DNA of 63,932 nt, filler included, from Salisapilia sapeloensis CBS 127946 (Eukaryota > Protista > Oomycota): the NCBI GenBank assembly GCA_023334545.1. It is 14 parts of 14 records of this genome, joined end to end, with 100 filler letters (N's around TTAATTAATTAA, not from the genome) between each part and the next. Parts side by side here need not be neighbours in the genome. Positions count along the whole stretch, not along the records: positions 61,688 to 63,932 come from JAADVB010000931.1; 13 more parts are not named here. One strand, written 5' to 3'. Shown here piece by piece: positions 62,661 through 63,932 of the stretch (positions are counted from its first letter, which is position 1; each line of letters starts with the position of its first letter). The notes beneath the pieces were generated by a model. The model saw only the letters and a list, made by a program, of their open reading frames with translations, was not told where the DNA came from and searched no databases. A program made the translations under genes and the position numbers.

Positions 62661-63791
62661 CTATCACTTGTCATTGCGAGCCTAACGTGACACTTCAATA
62701 CGACTTTCCCGCCAAACTAGTGCAGAAGCAAGTGATCGTTCATTTTTAATGCAACCAGGAGGAAACGATCTTCGAGAAGACGTCAAGTAATGCTTAGTGC
62801 TCGAAATGTGCGAACTTGAAAAAGCGCGCGAAAGACTTGGTAAGCTCTTCGCTATTATTTCGGAACTGGCGTAGTACAGTGGTGGACGAAATAATTGGGC
62901 GATATTTGCGACTCGCATGGTATCCGTCCCAGTGAAATGGCGAAGAGCTCAATGTTACAAGTAAATCGAATGCAACTTCAACCTGAATGACTTCCGATGA
63001 TACGCTCGACAATACTCCCGCCAAAGCGTGACAGAGGAGCGGGCAATACACGTGGATAGATAGGAATAGGGAGATGGATAGCAACGTAAGAGTAGGACGA
63101 ACCGCCCAAGACTTGGCCATTGATTCCTAGTACAATGCATCCATGTTTTTCCCCACATTACCTACAATGCCTTGCATAATACCCGATTTTCTGCTAAATA
63201 AGCATAACCTTTACTACGCTTGCTTACTCTTGTTTATCCTGCCAGGTTGAATTTTAGACATACTGACAATTTGCCCTCAAACAGTACCCTGATTTCTTAT
63301 CTCCCTTTATGACCGTGATATATGGAGAATGATGGGAAATGGACGGGGAGAAATTACAAACCCTGGTTTGTACTGCCCACTTGTAAATATGACGACAAGC
63401 GCAAAGTCCTCCTCGCTCCTTTATTTGAAGCTAATGTTCTCCGAGCTAGCAGGCTCCAAATCAAAACATAAATTAGACCTTTAACATTCGTCCTTCGATT
63501 GCTTTGTGTATACATTTTTCTCAAAGAAGCAAAGTTTCTATCGCTTGCCGTGAATTCCAGAATAAAGTAGATGTAGACGATACCCTTGCATTTCACAAAT
63601 GACCCATTCGTGATGACTCTTTATATTTATATTGATAAGTTTGCGCAGTATATCTTTACGCTTAGCTATACGCAACGTGCACTCTCAACGAATACTCACA
63701 ATTCACTTAATACATCGCCAGTTCAAAAGCAATTCTGCACGCCTAGAGGATTGTATCCATTGAAGCACAGCAACAAGCAGTCCTATTTCTC

Positions 63792-63932
63792 TTCCTGCCA
63801 TTTCATCTATTGTACTCAAAGTCTCTGCATGGTTGTTGTAAATTTCCACCATCTCGATCCCATTTCCCAGCAACTGCACACGAATGGCCTATGAAACGAC
63901 TCTTCCGCTACGGCCATCCGATAGGTCTGGCA
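63792..63932 (-). repeat. Right arm of the 141-bp inverted repeat
   Basis: Reverse complement of 61688-61828; ends on the last base of the window. Confidence 0.97.

Noticed and set aside
61688-63932. Interpretation as a linear plasmid, virus or Polinton with terminal inverted repeats
   Set aside because: No polymerase, integrase or capsid ORF, only 2.2 kb long, and the repeat length equals a common assembler k-mer size.

Overview
Eukaryotic genomic DNA, most likely from an oomycete (stramenopile). Evidence: 46-87 nt GT-AG introns, a perfect oomycete Inr+FPR promoter element, oomycete-type H2A and ABCG sequences, and very short intergenic spacers. The window is not contiguous. It is 14 contigs of about 1-16 kb joined by 13 artificial 100-nt linkers (44 N + TTAATTAATTAA + 44 N), so adjacency across linkers means nothing. 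Identifiable genes: histone H2A (5' end, missing from the ORF track), LTA4H, a beta-mannosidase 5' fragment, a CAMK-group kinase, TANGO6/RTP1, a CEP164-like WW protein, an S10 carboxypeptidase, a hidden 7-exon beta-sandwich gene, a tandem cNMP-binding protein, CDC20, TMEM260, eIF2B-alpha, RRP7, an ABCG transporter, an acidic aftiphilin-like protein, ULK4/RUNKEL, RAB2, POLK, GrpE, an LPMO-like fragment, a 1627-aa receiver/hydrolase/IQ/SAM protein, PAM18, a CTL/PNS1 transporter, a PiT phosphate transporter and a Myb/SANT-like protein. There is also a decayed L1-type retrotransposon, a Tc1/IS630-like relic and three tRNA genes. Most notable: (1) a tRNA with a serine-type body but an arginine CCT anticodon, although AGG still sits at conserved Arg positions in this window's proteins; (2) the pseudo-receiver/pseudo-hydrolase/IQ/SAM signalling protein; (3) a final 2.2-kb contig bounded by a perfect 141-bp inverted repeat, with an internal 17-bp hairpin. 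All identifications come from motif recognition by eye; no database searches were run.
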